A stretch of DNA of 63,531 nucleotides, the filler included, from Octopus bimaculoides (lineage: Eukaryota): assembly GCF_001194135.2 (NCBI RefSeq). It is 6 parts of 6 records of this genome, joined end to end, with 100 filler letters (N's around TTAATTAATTAA, not from the genome) between each part and the next. Parts side by side here need not be neighbours in the genome. Positions count along the whole stretch, not along the records: positions 1 to 28,271 come from NC_069002.1; 5 more parts are not named here. One strand, 5' to 3'. Shown one piece after another: positions 1 through 13,388 of this stretch (position 1 is the first letter of the stretch; each line of letters begins with the position of its first letter). The notes below the pieces were generated by a model. The model was not told the DNA's origin and did not search any database. It saw nothing but the letters and a program-made list of their open reading frames with translations. Both the position numbers and the translations under genes were made by a program.

Positions 1-124
1 TAAGGACGTTATTTTTAGAAAGTAAATGTGTCCATTGAGTTAAGACTCATCACTATCATTCTACTAAGAGTGAATACACAAAAAATGGGTCAGACAAAAC
101 AGACAAAGTTAGAGCAACAGGATT

Positions 125-1759
125 AGAATCATTGGGATTTGGATTTCCTGCGGTGTTCCAGATCTCATTGATCACAATAGTGTCCAGCAGTAGCCAGCTA
201 GTATACTGCCATTCCAGAAGGCTTGGTACCGTTTCTCCATAGCACTAATATTCTGGTGAAAATTTTCACCATCTTCATCCTGCTCCAAGTTTATCTGCGA
301 AGAACTCAAGATGGGAGTCCAAGAAGTGTACTTTCAGTGACATGTGACAACCCATTGCTGAGTAACATTTCAGAAGATTCTTTAAGCCATCCCTGTAGTC
401 CATTGCCTTCTTGTTACCCAAGAAATTCTCAGAGATCCAATTGAAAGCATTCTAGGCAGGAAGTTCCAGTTCGTCCCGTTTTGTCTCGAAGTTGACATCT
501 TTGAGTACTTCTCTAATTTGGGGACCGACCAGGATACCCTCTTTCAACTTCACCTGTATGATTTTAGGAAACATTTCTACAATATACTCAAACATTCTGG
601 CATTTCTTTTCTGTAGTGTTTTTACAAACTGTTTCATCAGAATAAGATTAATGAGCAACTGCGGCAATAGGACATTGCATGGATCTCCAAGAGGTGTATT
701 GTTGATGCTAGACTGTCCTGGCTGGTATGATGTTCTTGTCTGCCAGTTTCATTCCGAATAGTGTCTATCAGGTGCCCGACTATCCCATAGACAAAAGAAA
801 CAACAGTATTTTATGAAACCTGACAGCATTCCCATTAACATTGTAATGACTTTTAAATCTCCACATATTTTCCATGAGTATCTTTCATAGGCAATGAAAT
901 GAAGTAAAAGTTCCATATTCTCATATGATTCATGAAGATGGACGGAGTGGGCAATAGGAATGGAGGGCTTCAAGTTACCATTATGGAGAAGTAAAGCTTT
1001 TAAATTTCGCTTTGAAGCTTTAATAAACAAACACCACTCTGCAGGATCATGATTTTGTGATTAACATTCGAAAATCTATCGATGATACTGCGAAAGCAAA
1101 GCGGGCTTTCAACAGATTAACATGTTTATAGAACCACATTTCTCAGTCGAAAATTAGTTATACGACCGCCGTGCTCTAGCGGATACTTCTTCAATCTTGA
1201 TGCCAATAGTTCTGCTTTATCTTTTGAGAGGAATAGGTCTCTGAGAAGGTCATTCAGTTCAGATTGGGAAACTTTCAAAGCTGTCGTCATCAGTCACGTA
1301 ATCTTCCTCAGCAGCACTATCGTGACAGTCAGCGTCGTGATCTGATGTTGCAATACCATCATCTGGTGGAACTGGAATTGGTAGACGTCAATTGTGATGC
1401 ACATGTCTCATTGTAGAATCCAAATTGGGATACACAATTTTGTGTTTATTCTTCATAGAAAATCTTGTGAAAAAAATAACAGTCATTAAAATGGTGTCCC
1501 TCCATATCACTGGAATGGTAAAAGGCATGGATTTCTTATTATTATTCTAGCAGTCCCGTAAGACTTTTTAGTAAGTTGAGTAAGCTGAGCAGATGAAATG
1601 TGGTGCCCATAACTTGACCGTATCTCCAAGAGGACAGTCAAAGTATAGCTTATAAATCTTCTTGATATCTGGTGTTATTGTACGGCTTTGATCTTTCACA
1701 ATAAATTGTCCACAGACATAACAAGATATATCAGGACGATTTCTATACAGTCTTGACAT
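125..1759 (-). mobile_element. Degraded Chapaev3-like (CMC superfamily) DNA transposase, about 545 codons with stops and frameshifts
   Basis: Minus-strand fragments in order: MSRLYRNRPDISCYVCGQ...YFDCPLG...WAPHFIC (N-terminal Zn finger), SQSELNDLLRDLFLSKDKAELLASRL, LLHNGN..PSIPIAHSVHLHESYENM...ICGDLKV...KYCCFFCLWDSR, LMKQFVK...KLKEGILVGPQIR, FLGNKK...MSLKVHFLDSHL...GENFHQNISAMEKRYQ. TIRs not identified; family name from motif recall. Confidence 0.8.
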
Positions 1760-1999
1760 TGTTAACACTGTAAAACAAATAAGGAAATAGATACAAACGG
1801 TTATACTTATACTGAATTTGAGATGATGAAATATTTCATCAGACCAATTATAACTATACAATCTGTGATGTTGAAATACTCATTTCATCAAACAAAACTT
1901 GACTGGTTAATTTAATATGATGAAATATTGCATCTCAACTATGCAGCAATGAATAATGTAGTTTATTTTAAAGGTACGTTTCTATGGTTAAGTGAAATA

Positions 2000-3413
2000 T
2001 TGGGTTGACAACTAAGTTCCCGTCGTATTTATAAATTTTGGAATTTACTGCGTTTGTAAATTTTGTAATCTATTTTTTTCGAGAATTCTATTTTTGAATC
2101 ATTTTGGAATCTATTTTGTTTTTTTCTTTCTAGTNNNNNNNNNNNNNNNNNNNNNNNNNNNNNNNNNNNNNNNNNNNNNNNNNNNNNNNNNNNNNNNNNN
2201 NNNNNNNNNNNNNNNNNNNNNNNNNNNNNNNNNNNNNNNNNNNNNNNNNNNNNNNNNNNNNNNNNNNNNNNNNNNNNNNNNNNNNNNNNNNNNNNNNNNN
2301 NNNNNNNNNNNNNNNNNNNNNNNNNNNNNNNNNNNNNNNNNNNNNNNNNNNNNNNNNNNNNNNNNNNNNNNNNNNNNNNNNNNNNNNNNNNNNNNNNNNN
2401 NNNNNNNNNNTGGAGAGGGTGCCATAGCTGAAAGAACCGCTCGTGATTAGTGTACCAAGTTCAAAAATGGAAATTTTGACCTCAAAGACGCACCTCGTTC
2501 TGGCCGTCCAGTTTGAGTTCGATGAAGAGCGATTAAACCAACTTTTGCACGAAAATTCTCGCCAAATGACAAGGGAACTGGCAGAGAAAATGGAATGCTC
2601 CCACACTGCTATAGAGAAGCATCTTCACTCCACGGGAAAGTTTCAGAAGTATTGAGCATGGGTTCGGCATGCTTTAAATGACAACAACAAAAATCAACAA
2701 GCCACAATCTCCGCTGGTTTGCTTGCTCGTCACTGCTCTACTAATGGTCACAGGCAACAATTTCTTTACTGAATCGTTACTGGCGACAAAAAATGGTGCC
2801 TGTACATCAATATTAAGCAGCGTAAGGAATGGCTTAGCCCCGGTAAACAAGCGACACCGCGCGTGAAACAAGATCTTCATCCGCGTAAAACGATGTTGTG
2901 CGTATAGTGGGACTGGGAAGGGATTATCCATTACGAATTGCTTGAACGGAACCAAACGGTTAACGCGGAACTCTATGTTCAACAGATGGAACGACTCAAC
3001 ACGGCTATTCAAGGGAAAAGACCTAATCGGCAGCATGGAGTTCTTCTGTTGCATGACAACGCCCGCCCTCATATCGCCAATATGACCAAAGAAGCCATTC
3101 AAACGCATGGCTGGGAAGTGCTGCCACACCCGCCGTATTCTCCTGATTTGGCACCAACGGATTTCCACTTCTTTCGATCTATTTCAAATGCTATGTGCGG
3201 AGTTCGTTCAATACTGATGCCGAATTGAGAGCTTGGTTGGATCAATTTTTCGAGTCGAAATCGGGTGATTTCTACCAAAGAGGTAATGAAAATCTTGTTG
3301 AACGTTGGGAAGAAGTTGTAAAGAACAAGGGTGAATACATTATTGATTAATTATTTGCTATTTTTTTTATTGAACCTTTAAAAAAAACGGCGGGAACGTA
3401 GTTGCCAACCCAA
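2000..3413 (+). mobile_element. Full-length defective mariner (DD34D) transposon
   Basis: 27-bp TIRs TTGGGTTGACAACTAAGTTCCCGTCGT (2000-2026, after TA) and ACGGCGGGAACGTAGTTGCCAACCCAA (3387-3413). Motifs WVRHAL (WVPHEL-like), IVTGDEKW, LLHDNARPH, HPPYSPDLAPTD. In-frame stops and a frameshift; 276-N gap in the 5' part. Confidence 0.95.
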
Positions 3414-4054
3414 TGCATACATACACGTCATTAATTGGAATTTCTATACAATGCATGTACTAAAGCTAAAGAGAAACTTTCTCATCTTGAAAAGTGTACG
3501 AGATGTCAGAAAGCTAATTGTATATTTGAAATCAACATTAAAAATTACACTAAATACACTCTGATATATGTTTGATGAAAAATACTTGTTGAGCAGTGTT
3601 GTTATTGAATGTACATACTGCTGTGTCAATGAAAGTTGGATTATTAAATTTTCTTTCACCAAATTTTTAGAAATTGTGTCCATGAATTATCTTACACCTA
3701 ATACTTCGGGCATCTTTTTTATTATTTCGTTGATTGCAGTTAAATGTCCACAAATAGATTTGGAAGAGGCGGTCGACAGAGGAGGAAAAGAAGAAAAAAT
3801 GAAAATTGATTGGGTTTCTTTTAATATTTCTTCTGTAACAACATAATAACTTTGTGCAAGACAATAAATTTCTTGACCGAATAGAATTGCAAAAGCAATA
3901 TGGAACGTAACGACTTCCCGCGTGTATTTTCAATGCACAATTGCTCAACCAAGCAGCCACCACATAACGCTCGGTAACTTATATATTTATATTGAATGAG
4001 GTAAAGAGGAGATTAAAGGCGACATTTCTAGAAATATAGTGAATTGATATGTCT

Positions 4055-4300
<246 letters not shown>

Positions 4301-5321
4301 CCACTATCTTTCTCTCTCACACACACTGATATAAGAGTAATTAAGGTGAACTACGTACCACGACCGGTAAGGTAGAAGGAAATGAGGTTATTTGTAAAGT
4401 TTTCTTGGGAGGCTCAGCGCCTCACTGAAACTCTGTCATCCCAGGTCGGGAATACTGGTACTAATGAAGAAGTAGATAGCAAGAGACTTCGTTGCGGTTG
4501 ACTTGTTATGGAGATATCTGCTTTATGCGTGGTGTGGAACATGTGGCATTATAGGTGCACTCTTTTTCACGTTTTGCGGTTTTGAACCGTTGTTGGCGTG
4601 TATTCTTCTGCGCATGTATGCTAGTTTCGTTAATTGATATTCGTAGTAAATAAAGAGATAAATCTACAGGAATATGAGTTTTGTTTAAGAATGGTAATTC
4701 TGTTATGGGAAATAGACATTATAATTTAGCTGAATAAATACTTTTGTTAAAGTATGTTGCTTTTGGATATTAGATTGGATTGAAAATATTAATGTGTAGA
4801 TTATGAGTGCATGTAGGGGTAGAAGTGAGGGGTAGGCTTCATACGGTTTAGCATTGTTACTTCCTTACTACAGAGATATAATAGTTAATCCTTCTTAAAA
4901 ACAATACTAATCCAAAAGTCAAAATCATATCCAATGTAGTCCGAAGGAAAGTGAGAAAAATGTAAAAATCATTTGCCAACAATGCCATCGGCTGGTTTAC
5001 CAGTATCCTTAATTAAGCTCCGTCATTCATTGCTTATTTCTCTTCCCAAATTTCACGTCAGCTTGCTTTGAATCAGAGTTTATCAAACTAAATTGACCTC
5101 AGACGGACAAACTGTGGAACCTATACGCAAACAGGGGTACCACAAACACAAACACACACGCACACACACGCATACATACACGCACAGACACACTCATGCA
5201 CAAATAACGCATTTATGAATGCATACTTAAAGTATATACATTTAATTCATGTGGGAACACGTTCATATTCATGCATATACTCGAATAATGACTGACAAAT
5301 CTAGGTAGAGACCGGTAATAC

Positions 5322-5358
<37 letters not shown>

Positions 5359-5362
<4 letters not shown>

Positions 5363-5726
5363 AACATAATTAAGGGATCAGCAAGCATTTGCTTCACCAC
5401 ATACCGAAGTTCAGAAATAGCAGCTAAAAAAGCTGAGACTCCAACGGTTATGCTTTCAGGTTGTGCCGATGCATGAATGTTCACTCGTTCATGCATGCAC
5501 AGTTTGCTANNNNNNNNNNGAAGGAAATGGAGTGTTATCGCTCATAATCCAGAAACGCGTATATGATTAACTTTAAATGGTTAGTTTTCATTATTTTTCT
5601 TCTTGTTTTTGCCTTTGTGAGTTACAAGTAATGCTATCTGTTGGAGTCTCAGCTTTTTTAGCTGCTATTTCTGAACTTCGGTATGTGGCGAAGCAAATGC
5701 TTGCTGATCCCTTAATTATGTTTATA
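5359..5726. repeat. 87-bp inverted repeat (possible MITE or local inversion)
   Basis: 5359-5445 is the reverse complement of 5640-5726 with one mismatch; the spacer contains a 10-N gap. Confidence 0.8.
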
Positions 5727-7148
5727 AAAGTATAAGAACTTTTAAATAAGTTCTCCACCGTTAATGGGCTTGGTAAAAATTATTAATTGTTGATTTAATA
5801 AATTAATAAATTGATAAACCTTTACCCTTTTAATTTGTAATATATACACATATATATATATATTTATCTTATTCTACTTTCTGTACCTTTCTTTCTGTGA
5901 TCTATAATTAGTCCAACGAATCTATGGGCAACTCTGTCTGCCTAGTAAAATCTTCAAAATCCTATACATAAGCAATTTCCAGAACTTTCTTCATAGGAAG
6001 AGAGACCAAGAAGTATGCATCCCCTAACTTCTTACGGAATGACTTTAAGGTTTTTCCATACCACCACAAATAATTGTGTAACTTTAAGATGATTCATTAT
6101 TTTGATTGTCGCAATATTTTAATAAATTCCAGTTTTAAGTTAATAGCTGATAACTAAGTCTTACACTCTACATTGCAAGCTGCTGGTCCACCCAGATATT
6201 TCCTGTGGTTCCTTCACCAACGCTTGGTCTGTCTTCAGATCTCTGATTTCCTATCTCAAAGTAGAACTTGTACTTCAAAAGCATTCATTATAACTGACCC
6301 CTATCCACTTTACATCGACCGGCACTGAACAATTCTGGAATGCCCATTATAACCACCCAGTTGCATTCAAATAATGGATTTATAGAAGTCCTAGAAAGCT
6401 TTGAATTGGTTTAATTAATGGCACTCGTATTAGAAACGAGTATATTTATTTCAATAACTATTTCTACATAGCGAAACTGATTCGCTATTGCAAGGCAGTA
6501 ATGCTTTTTTCTGCTGAACTATCTAATGTAGGTTTTAAATGAAGCCGATATCTGTAAAATTTTAGCATGCTAGTCAATTCCGAAATAAACCCAGCTTCAT
6601 GAATTTACATCAATAGAACTAGCTAATCAATAATAGATCCATTCAGAGAGCATTTACATTTTAAAATATAAAATATATCTTATGTCACTGCGCTTTAGGA
6701 ATCTTAGACTTTCTAGAATAGTTTTGCCTTAAGAAAAGAGCACACTCACCTAGGCACTGCGTGGTTCTGTGATAAAGATATTTTGCTGTAAAGGGATCTA
6801 ATTTATCGATAGTATTTTAAAGATAATTTTATTTAATTCGTCATTATTTTAAACAATTTATTGAAACAAAGGCAACAGAAATAGCATCAGAAACACCGAA
6901 ACAAACGGTTTAAATTCAGGATTTGTTAGTCCAATAATTTGCATATATTTAAATAATTTCCAAATATTTAAATAGTTAAAATGACGCTGTTATGGAACAG
7001 AATTATTTAGTAAAAATTTATAGAAAAAGACACAAATATCGAAGCGTCCAAACGGTTTAATAATACATACCTTTGATAATGATGACCACCGCCACCACCA
7101 CCACCACCACTATCACGACCATTACCACCACTACCACCATGACCACCA

Positions 7149-8192
7149 TGCGCAACTGGAAGGCCCCGGGACTAGATGGAGTTCAAGGCTACTGAATCAA
7201 AGGATTTGGTGAATGTCTCATGCACAAATAGCTGCACAACTCAACACCTTGTTAAATGCCGACCAAGTAACACCAGATTGATTGAAAATGGGTAGGACAT
7301 TGCTATGCAGGAAAAACATCGAAAAGGGCAATACGTTAGACAATTACATGCCGATATCCTGTTTGTCACTTATGTGGAAGTTATTAACTGTAATATTCGT
7401 AGAGTCAATGTACGGACATCTGGAAAAAATGGAGTCCTGAAGGGTTGCATGCGTAAGTGTAGACGTGCCAAGGATCAACACCTGGTAGACAAAACTGTAC
7501 TTAGAGATTGCAAGAGGAGGAAATCTAACTTAGCCATGTCACGGATCGACTATCGTAAGGTGTACGATATGATCCCACATTCTTGGATTATGGAATGTAC
7601 GAACCTATTTGGTATTGCATCGAATGCTGAGTGATTGCTTGGAAAAAGTATGGCGAAGTGGAGGACAGAACTGACAGCATATGGAAGAAGTTTAGGGACA
7701 ATAGAAATCAGGTGAGGCATCTTCCAAGGAGACTGCCTGTCCCCACTGATCTTTGTACTGTGCATGATACCACTAACACTGATTCTGAAGAAAGCAAAGG
7801 CAGAATATGTATTCAAGAGCCGCAAAAAAAAAAAAAAAAAAATTATCCACATCTTATTCATGGATGACCTCAAACTTAATGGTGAAGATGAATCCCAAGT
7901 CAGTTCTCTCGTTCATACGGTGGACAGACCACCGCCTTGTTGTATCCAAACTCAAGCTTATAGTTCAGCCCAAGAGACGACCACAAAGTAGGAAAGCACC
8001 AAAACGCTTGAACATGGGCAAGCTGAAGGATAGCAACGTCAAGTAACTATTTACACCGTGTATACAGAATGGAGTTCAGACTGAAAAAGTGTGATGTGTT
8101 AGTCTTGAAGAGAGGCAAAATTAAATGTATGGATGGGCAAGCGATACCGTCGGGGGAGGTCAAGAAGCAGATAAAAGAGACGGGCTATAAAC
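7149..8192 (+). mobile_element. R4/Dong-clade LINE reverse transcriptase fragment, degraded
   Basis: [76 protein letters not shown] across frameshifts. Confidence 0.85.
7924..8043 (+). mobile_element. RTE-type LINE fragment embedded inside the R4/Dong RT
   Basis: TDHRLVVSKLKLIVQPKRRPQSRKAPKRLNMGKLKDSNVK resembles the end of the RTE-BovB endonuclease domain and interrupts the RT between SLVHTV and MEF. Confidence 0.7.
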
Positions 8193-8356
8193 TCTTCAAC
8201 CAGGCTTACTTCCCATCTGTGAAGCCTTGCAAGGTATTGGCCATGGAGTGATTTCCCTCCCCATGTCTCTTATAGTATGATTTGTAGTTATGCTTTCATG
8301 CTGATTTTTATCTGTTTGCCGATTTCTGCTGTGTTATCATGAGATGAGTGTTTCTC

Positions 8357-8560
8357 CTCTCTCTCTCTCTTTCTCTTTCTCTTTCTATCTCTCTGTTGCC
8401 CTCGATATCAATATGTCTCCCTCTGGCTATCTGTCTATCTTTCTCTTTCACTCTTGATCTGCCTCTCTCCTCTTTCTTGTTCTCTCTCTCCTCTTTCTTG
8501 TTCTCTCTCTCCTCTTTCTTGTTCTCTCTCGTTCTTTCTCTCCCTCTTTCTCTCAGTTTT
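8357..8560. repeat. CT-rich repeat, inverted homolog of the GA-rich tract at 9520-9950
   Basis: Non-simple core ttgccctc..tatcaatatgtctccctctggctatctgtcta is shared with the reverse complement of about 9800-9890. Confidence 0.75.
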
Positions 8561-8921
8561 TCGTGTTGCTATATTAGAAAGTGGACGTTTACTAAACGTA
8601 GCAGTTGTCCACTTTTAATTTCTAATTATTTTCCTCGTCCAGCTTCTGTTATTTTATAGTCGGTCTCTATCTGTGTGAGCCTTGACCTCCTTCTCAGCGG
8701 GATAGATATATTCTCTGTGTATTTGTTTTGGTGGGGAGAGTGATTTCGGTATGTTGTTTCTTACATTTTCTGTCTAAATTTCTGAATTCAGTAATCTTCA
8801 GGTTGTTATGTTGAAGCTGTAGTTTATGACAGATATGGCTAGAGCGTCTATCCCTCTTATCTTACTTTTAGCTATGAGTTCATTTATTACTGTTGTTAAT
8901 GTGTCTATTGTTGTTGTTGCC

Positions 8922-9050
8922 TTTCTTCTTCTTCTTCTTCTTCTTCTTCTTCTTCTTCTTCTTCTTCTTCTTCTTCTTCTTNNNNNNNNNNCTTCTTCTT
9001 CTTCTTCTTCTTCTTCTTCTTCTTCTTCTTCTTCTTCTTCTTCTCCTCCT
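8922..9050. repeat. (CTT)n microsatellite
   Basis: Direct reading; split by a 10-N gap. Confidence 0.95.
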
Positions 9051-9519
9051 TCTTTTTCTGTAACATCAAGGCAAATTGGTATCATATGACAGAAGGGCAA
9101 ATATCATTCATTCAATCTTGGCATTTATAGTATAATCAGTTATTTTAATATTTCTTCAATCCAGCCGATGGATGATTATTAATCTATCAACGAGAGATCG
9201 TCAGAGCAAGAATTAACTTCCTTTCTTCAGTTGAGCACACATCTTCCAATTTTGTAAAAAGACGTTTAATTAAAAAGACTGAGAACCATCTTCGTATATG
9301 GTAATCCAATTGAATCATTGTAATATATTGTTGATTCTAGAGTAAAAATATCGAGATCAATGAAGTGGGGGATTATAATTAAAGAAAAAAATAATTAATC
9401 AACGGACAAACATCTGTATTTGTTATGAGATATTGAATGGTTTGGTATAAATAACGTAATTATTATTGTTGTAATACAAACGACTGGTATTAAAGTGTGT
9501 TTGCTATGACAACCAGCTA

Positions 9520-9950
9520 AATGGAGAACGAGAGAGAAGAAGAGAAACAGAGAAATACTGACAGACAGATATAGAAATAGAGATGGAGAGCACGATAGGG
9601 AGAGAAAGGAGAGAGTAAGAGTGAGAGAGGGGAGAGAGAGCAGGAGAGAGAAGGAGAAAGAGAACAAAAGAGAGAAGGAGAGAAAGAACAAGAGAGAAAA
9701 GGAAAGAGAGAGAGCAAGAGAGAGAACGAGAGGGAGAAAAGAGATAGGAGAGAAAGCATGAGAGAGAAGGAGAGGGAGTAATAGAGAGAAAGAAAGGGAG
9801 GAAAAGAAAGAGGAGAGAGGCAGCGGAAGAGTGAGAGAGTAAAGTAGACAGATAGCCAGAGGGAGACATATTGATAGAGAGGGCAAGAGAGAGAGAAAGA
9901 GAGAGGAGAAAGAGAAAGAGAGAGGAAGAGAAAAAAAGAAAGAATAGGTT
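9520..9950. repeat. GA-rich polypurine tract
   Basis: Direct reading; partly homologous (inverted) to 8357-8560. Confidence 0.85.
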
Positions 9951-10292
9951 ACGGAGAGGTCATCAGATAGAAAGTGAAATCTAATCGTAGATAGAGTTAA
10001 AGCGTTTATCGTCTTAAAGTCGTAGCTTTATAGAAGACAGAGCCAGAATTTTACATTCACTTGAAATCTATTCTTTCTGCAGTTCGATAAATCCCACATT
10101 GTGTCCCATTTTTTCAGAAAGTAGCTGCTCGTAAAATTACTCATTGAAATTCCAGCAACGAAATATGTTTAACCGTAGGCTTTTAATTAGATGTTTCTTT
10201 GCCATCATGGAACTAGTCAGAGGTTGAATCTTCCAAATGATTGATAATGGCCCTTCACAGAAACCACATGCTTCGATTCTTTCAACTGACAC

Positions 10293-10357
<65 letters not shown>

Positions 10358-10875
10358 NNNNNNNNNNNNNNNNNNNNNNNNNNNNNNNNNNNNNNNNNNN
10401 NNNNNNNNNNNNNNNNNNNNNNNNNNNNNNNNNNNNNNNNNNNNNNNNNNNNNNNNNNNNNNNNNNNNNNNNNNNNNNNNNNNNNNNNNNNNNNNNNNNN
10501 NNNNNNNNNNNNNNNNNNNNNNNNNNNNNNNNNNNNNNNNNNNNNNNNNNNNNNNNNNNNNNNNNNNNNNNNNNNNNNNNNNNNNNNNNNNNNNNNNNNN
10601 NNNNNNNNNNNNNNNNNNNNNNNNNNNNNNNNNNNNNNNNNNNNNNNNNNNNNNNNNNNNNNNNNNNNNNNNNNNNNNNNNNNNNNNNNNNNNNNNNNNN
10701 NNNNNNNNNNNNNNNNNNNNNNNNNNNNNNNNNNNNNNNNNNNNNNNNNNNNNNNNNNNNNNNNNNNNNNNNNNNNNNNNNNNNNNNNNNNNNNNNNNNN
10801 NNNNNNNNNNNNNNNNNNNNNNNNNNNNNNNNNNNNNNNNNNNNNNNNNNNNNNNNNNNNNNNNNNNNNNNNNNN

Positions 10876-11947
10876 GTGCATAGGAAAGGATGAGGCACTA
10901 TAGGACATCTTGGTCATTCACTGCATCCGGTTCTGTCCCCCAGTCGTCTCGATCTGGTCTTGCCACTGGTTAAGACGGTCTCGGACGAGAGAGTGAGGTC
11001 GGCGATGCGCAACCATTCTTCATTTTAAACAAAGTTTCCTCGCGCAAGTCATCTTTCATCCTCTTTCCATCCCTTCATCCCAAAGTCTTGTGGTGACAGG
11101 CACGCGACGAAGCGACAGGTTTGGGTACACTGGAAGTCGTAGCCGCAAACCTGCACACAGGCGGCTCAGGCAATAGGGTCGCTATTCACTGACCTGGGGC
11201 AGTAGTGGATTTCCTCAGCCGTCTGGGCGACTGAGCAATCCTATTTAGGAACGCACTGCTCACCTCCATGGCATGAGGAGGGGACTAAAAAAGGTGTCCC
11301 AAACATTGCCTGCTCCACCTACCCTAGCCAGCCTACCTTGACTGGAGGAGACGCTACACACTGCAGTCGAAACAAAGAACAAAGAAAAAAAATTAGACCA
11401 CTCATCCTCGCTGTTTGGAACGTTCATACGAGTCGGAGAGACCTCAGAGACGCACAGCACTCATAGCAAATGAACTCGCCAGATATAACATCAACATTGC
11501 TGCTCTCAGTGAAACCAGGCTGCCGGGTGAAGGCGAACTGCAAGAAAAAGGTGCAAGGTACACTTTCTTTTGGAGTGGATGTGGACTTGAAGAGAGAAGA
11601 GAGGCTGGAGTTGGCCTTGCAGTTAAGTCGACATTGGCTGGCAAATTGGTTGGTCCCACAAAAAGCATGAATGATTAGCTAATGACGATGAGACTCCCCT
11701 TTCGTCGCAGACAGAAGTACGCCTCCATTGTCAGCACCTATGCCCCCATCATGACGATTCCAATTGAGACCAAGGACAAGTTCTATGAAGACTTGAGCTC
11801 TGTCATTACCGCGGCTCCCCGCACAGACAAACTCATCATTCTCATCACAGACAAACTCATCATTCAATGCGAGAGATGGTCGTGATAGTTTCTCCTGAGA
11901 AGGAGTGATTGGGAAACATGGAGTTGGCGACTGCAACAGCAACGGTC
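10876..11947 (+). mobile_element. RTE-BovB-like LINE 5' part (probable 5'UTR plus apurinic endonuclease), truncated
   Basis: LAVWNVHT..RPQRRTALIANELARYNINIAALSETRL..GYT-like RYTFFWSG..EAGVGLAVK..IVSTYAP..KDKFYEDL..GVIGKHGVGDCNSNG; stops and frameshifts. The 5'UTR boundary is approximate. Confidence 0.9.
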
Positions 11948-12344
11948 TTGAGATTTTATAATTATATATATATGTTCATAAAAAAGACCGCGTGATTTAG
12001 TGGTTATTATATTCGATTGTAAGAGTTTAAGTTCGACACCTTGATCGGGTAGCGCGTGGTGTTCTTGAGCTAAATAACTTCATTTCACGTTGCTCTAGCG
12101 CTGTATGGGGACCTGCTTGTCAGAGAATAAATTCATTTGCCTATCGTAAAATGCGACTCAAAGATGTTGAGTTAGGATTTGCACGCCGACCTCGTAAAAG
12201 CCTCACCAGCAACGGCTACCGAAACAGACCTATCGGTTGGAGGGTTGTTATCTGGGTGATGCAGAAAGACCATCGGCCAGGTATAGTAGTGAATCACTAA
12301 CAGATGCTGGATGCAGCGATGCGCTGTTGTAACTCATTCTCCCA

Positions 12345-12381
<37 letters not shown>

Positions 12382-12388
12382 GCTACTG

Positions 12389-12467
<79 letters not shown>
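12345..12467. repeat. (TAC)n microsatellite
   Basis: Direct reading. Confidence 0.97.
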
Positions 12468-13342
12468 CTNNNNNNNNNNNNNNNNNNNNNNNNNNNNNNN
12501 NNNNNNNNNNNNNNNNNNNNNNNNNNNNNNNNNNNNNNNNNNNNNNNNNNNNNNNNNNNNNNNNNNNNNNNNNNNNNNNNNNNNNNNNNNNNNNNNNNNN
12601 NNNNNNNNNNNNNNNNNNNNNNNNNNNNNNNNNNNNNNNNNNNNNNNNNNNNNNNNNNNNNNNNNNNNNNNNNNNNNNNNNNNNNNNNNNNNNNNNNNNN
12701 NNNNNNNNNNNNNNNNNNNNNNNNNNNNNNNNNNNNNNNNNNNNNNNNNNNNNNNNNNNNNNNNNNNNNNNNNNNNNNNNNNNNNNNNNNNNNNNNNNNN
12801 NNNNNNNNNNNNNNNNNNNNNNNNNNNNNNNNNNNNNNNNNNNNNNNNNNNNNNNNNNNNNNNNNNNNNNNNNNNNNNNNNNNNNNNNNNNNNNNNNNNN
12901 NNNNNNNNNNNNNNNNNNNNNNNNNNNNNNNNNNNNNNNNNNNNNNNNNNNNNNNNNNNNNNNNNNNNNNNNNNNNNNNNNNNNNNNNNNNNNNNNNNNN
13001 NNNNNNNNNNNNNNNNNNNNNNNNNNNNNNNNNNNNNNNNNNNNNNNNNNNNNNNNNNNNNNNNNNNNNNNNNNNNNNNNNNNNNNNNNNNNNNNNNNNN
13101 NNNNNNNNNNNNNNNNNNNNNNNNNNNNNNNNNNNNNNNNNNNNNNNNNNNNNNNNNNNNNNNNNNNNNNNNNNNNNNNNNNNNNNNNNNNNNNNNNNNN
13201 NNNNNNNNNNNNNNNNNNNNNNNNNNNNNNNNNNNNNNNNNNNNNNNNNNNNNNNNNNNNNNNNNNNNNNNNNNNNNNNNNNNNNNNNNNNNNNNNNNNN
13301 NNNNNNNNNNNNNNNNNNNNNNNNNNNNNNNNNNNNNNNNNN

Positions 13343-13388
<46 letters not shown>

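Noticed and set aside
3746-3870. Possible terminal exon VKCPQIDLEEAVDRGG... with AATAAA
   Set aside because: Both strands have similarly plausible open frames and splice-like sites; no recognisable homology.
9100-10290. Possible further decayed Penelope fragments (9100-9400, 10000-10290)
   Set aside because: Only vague motif resemblance; not supportable without a profile search.
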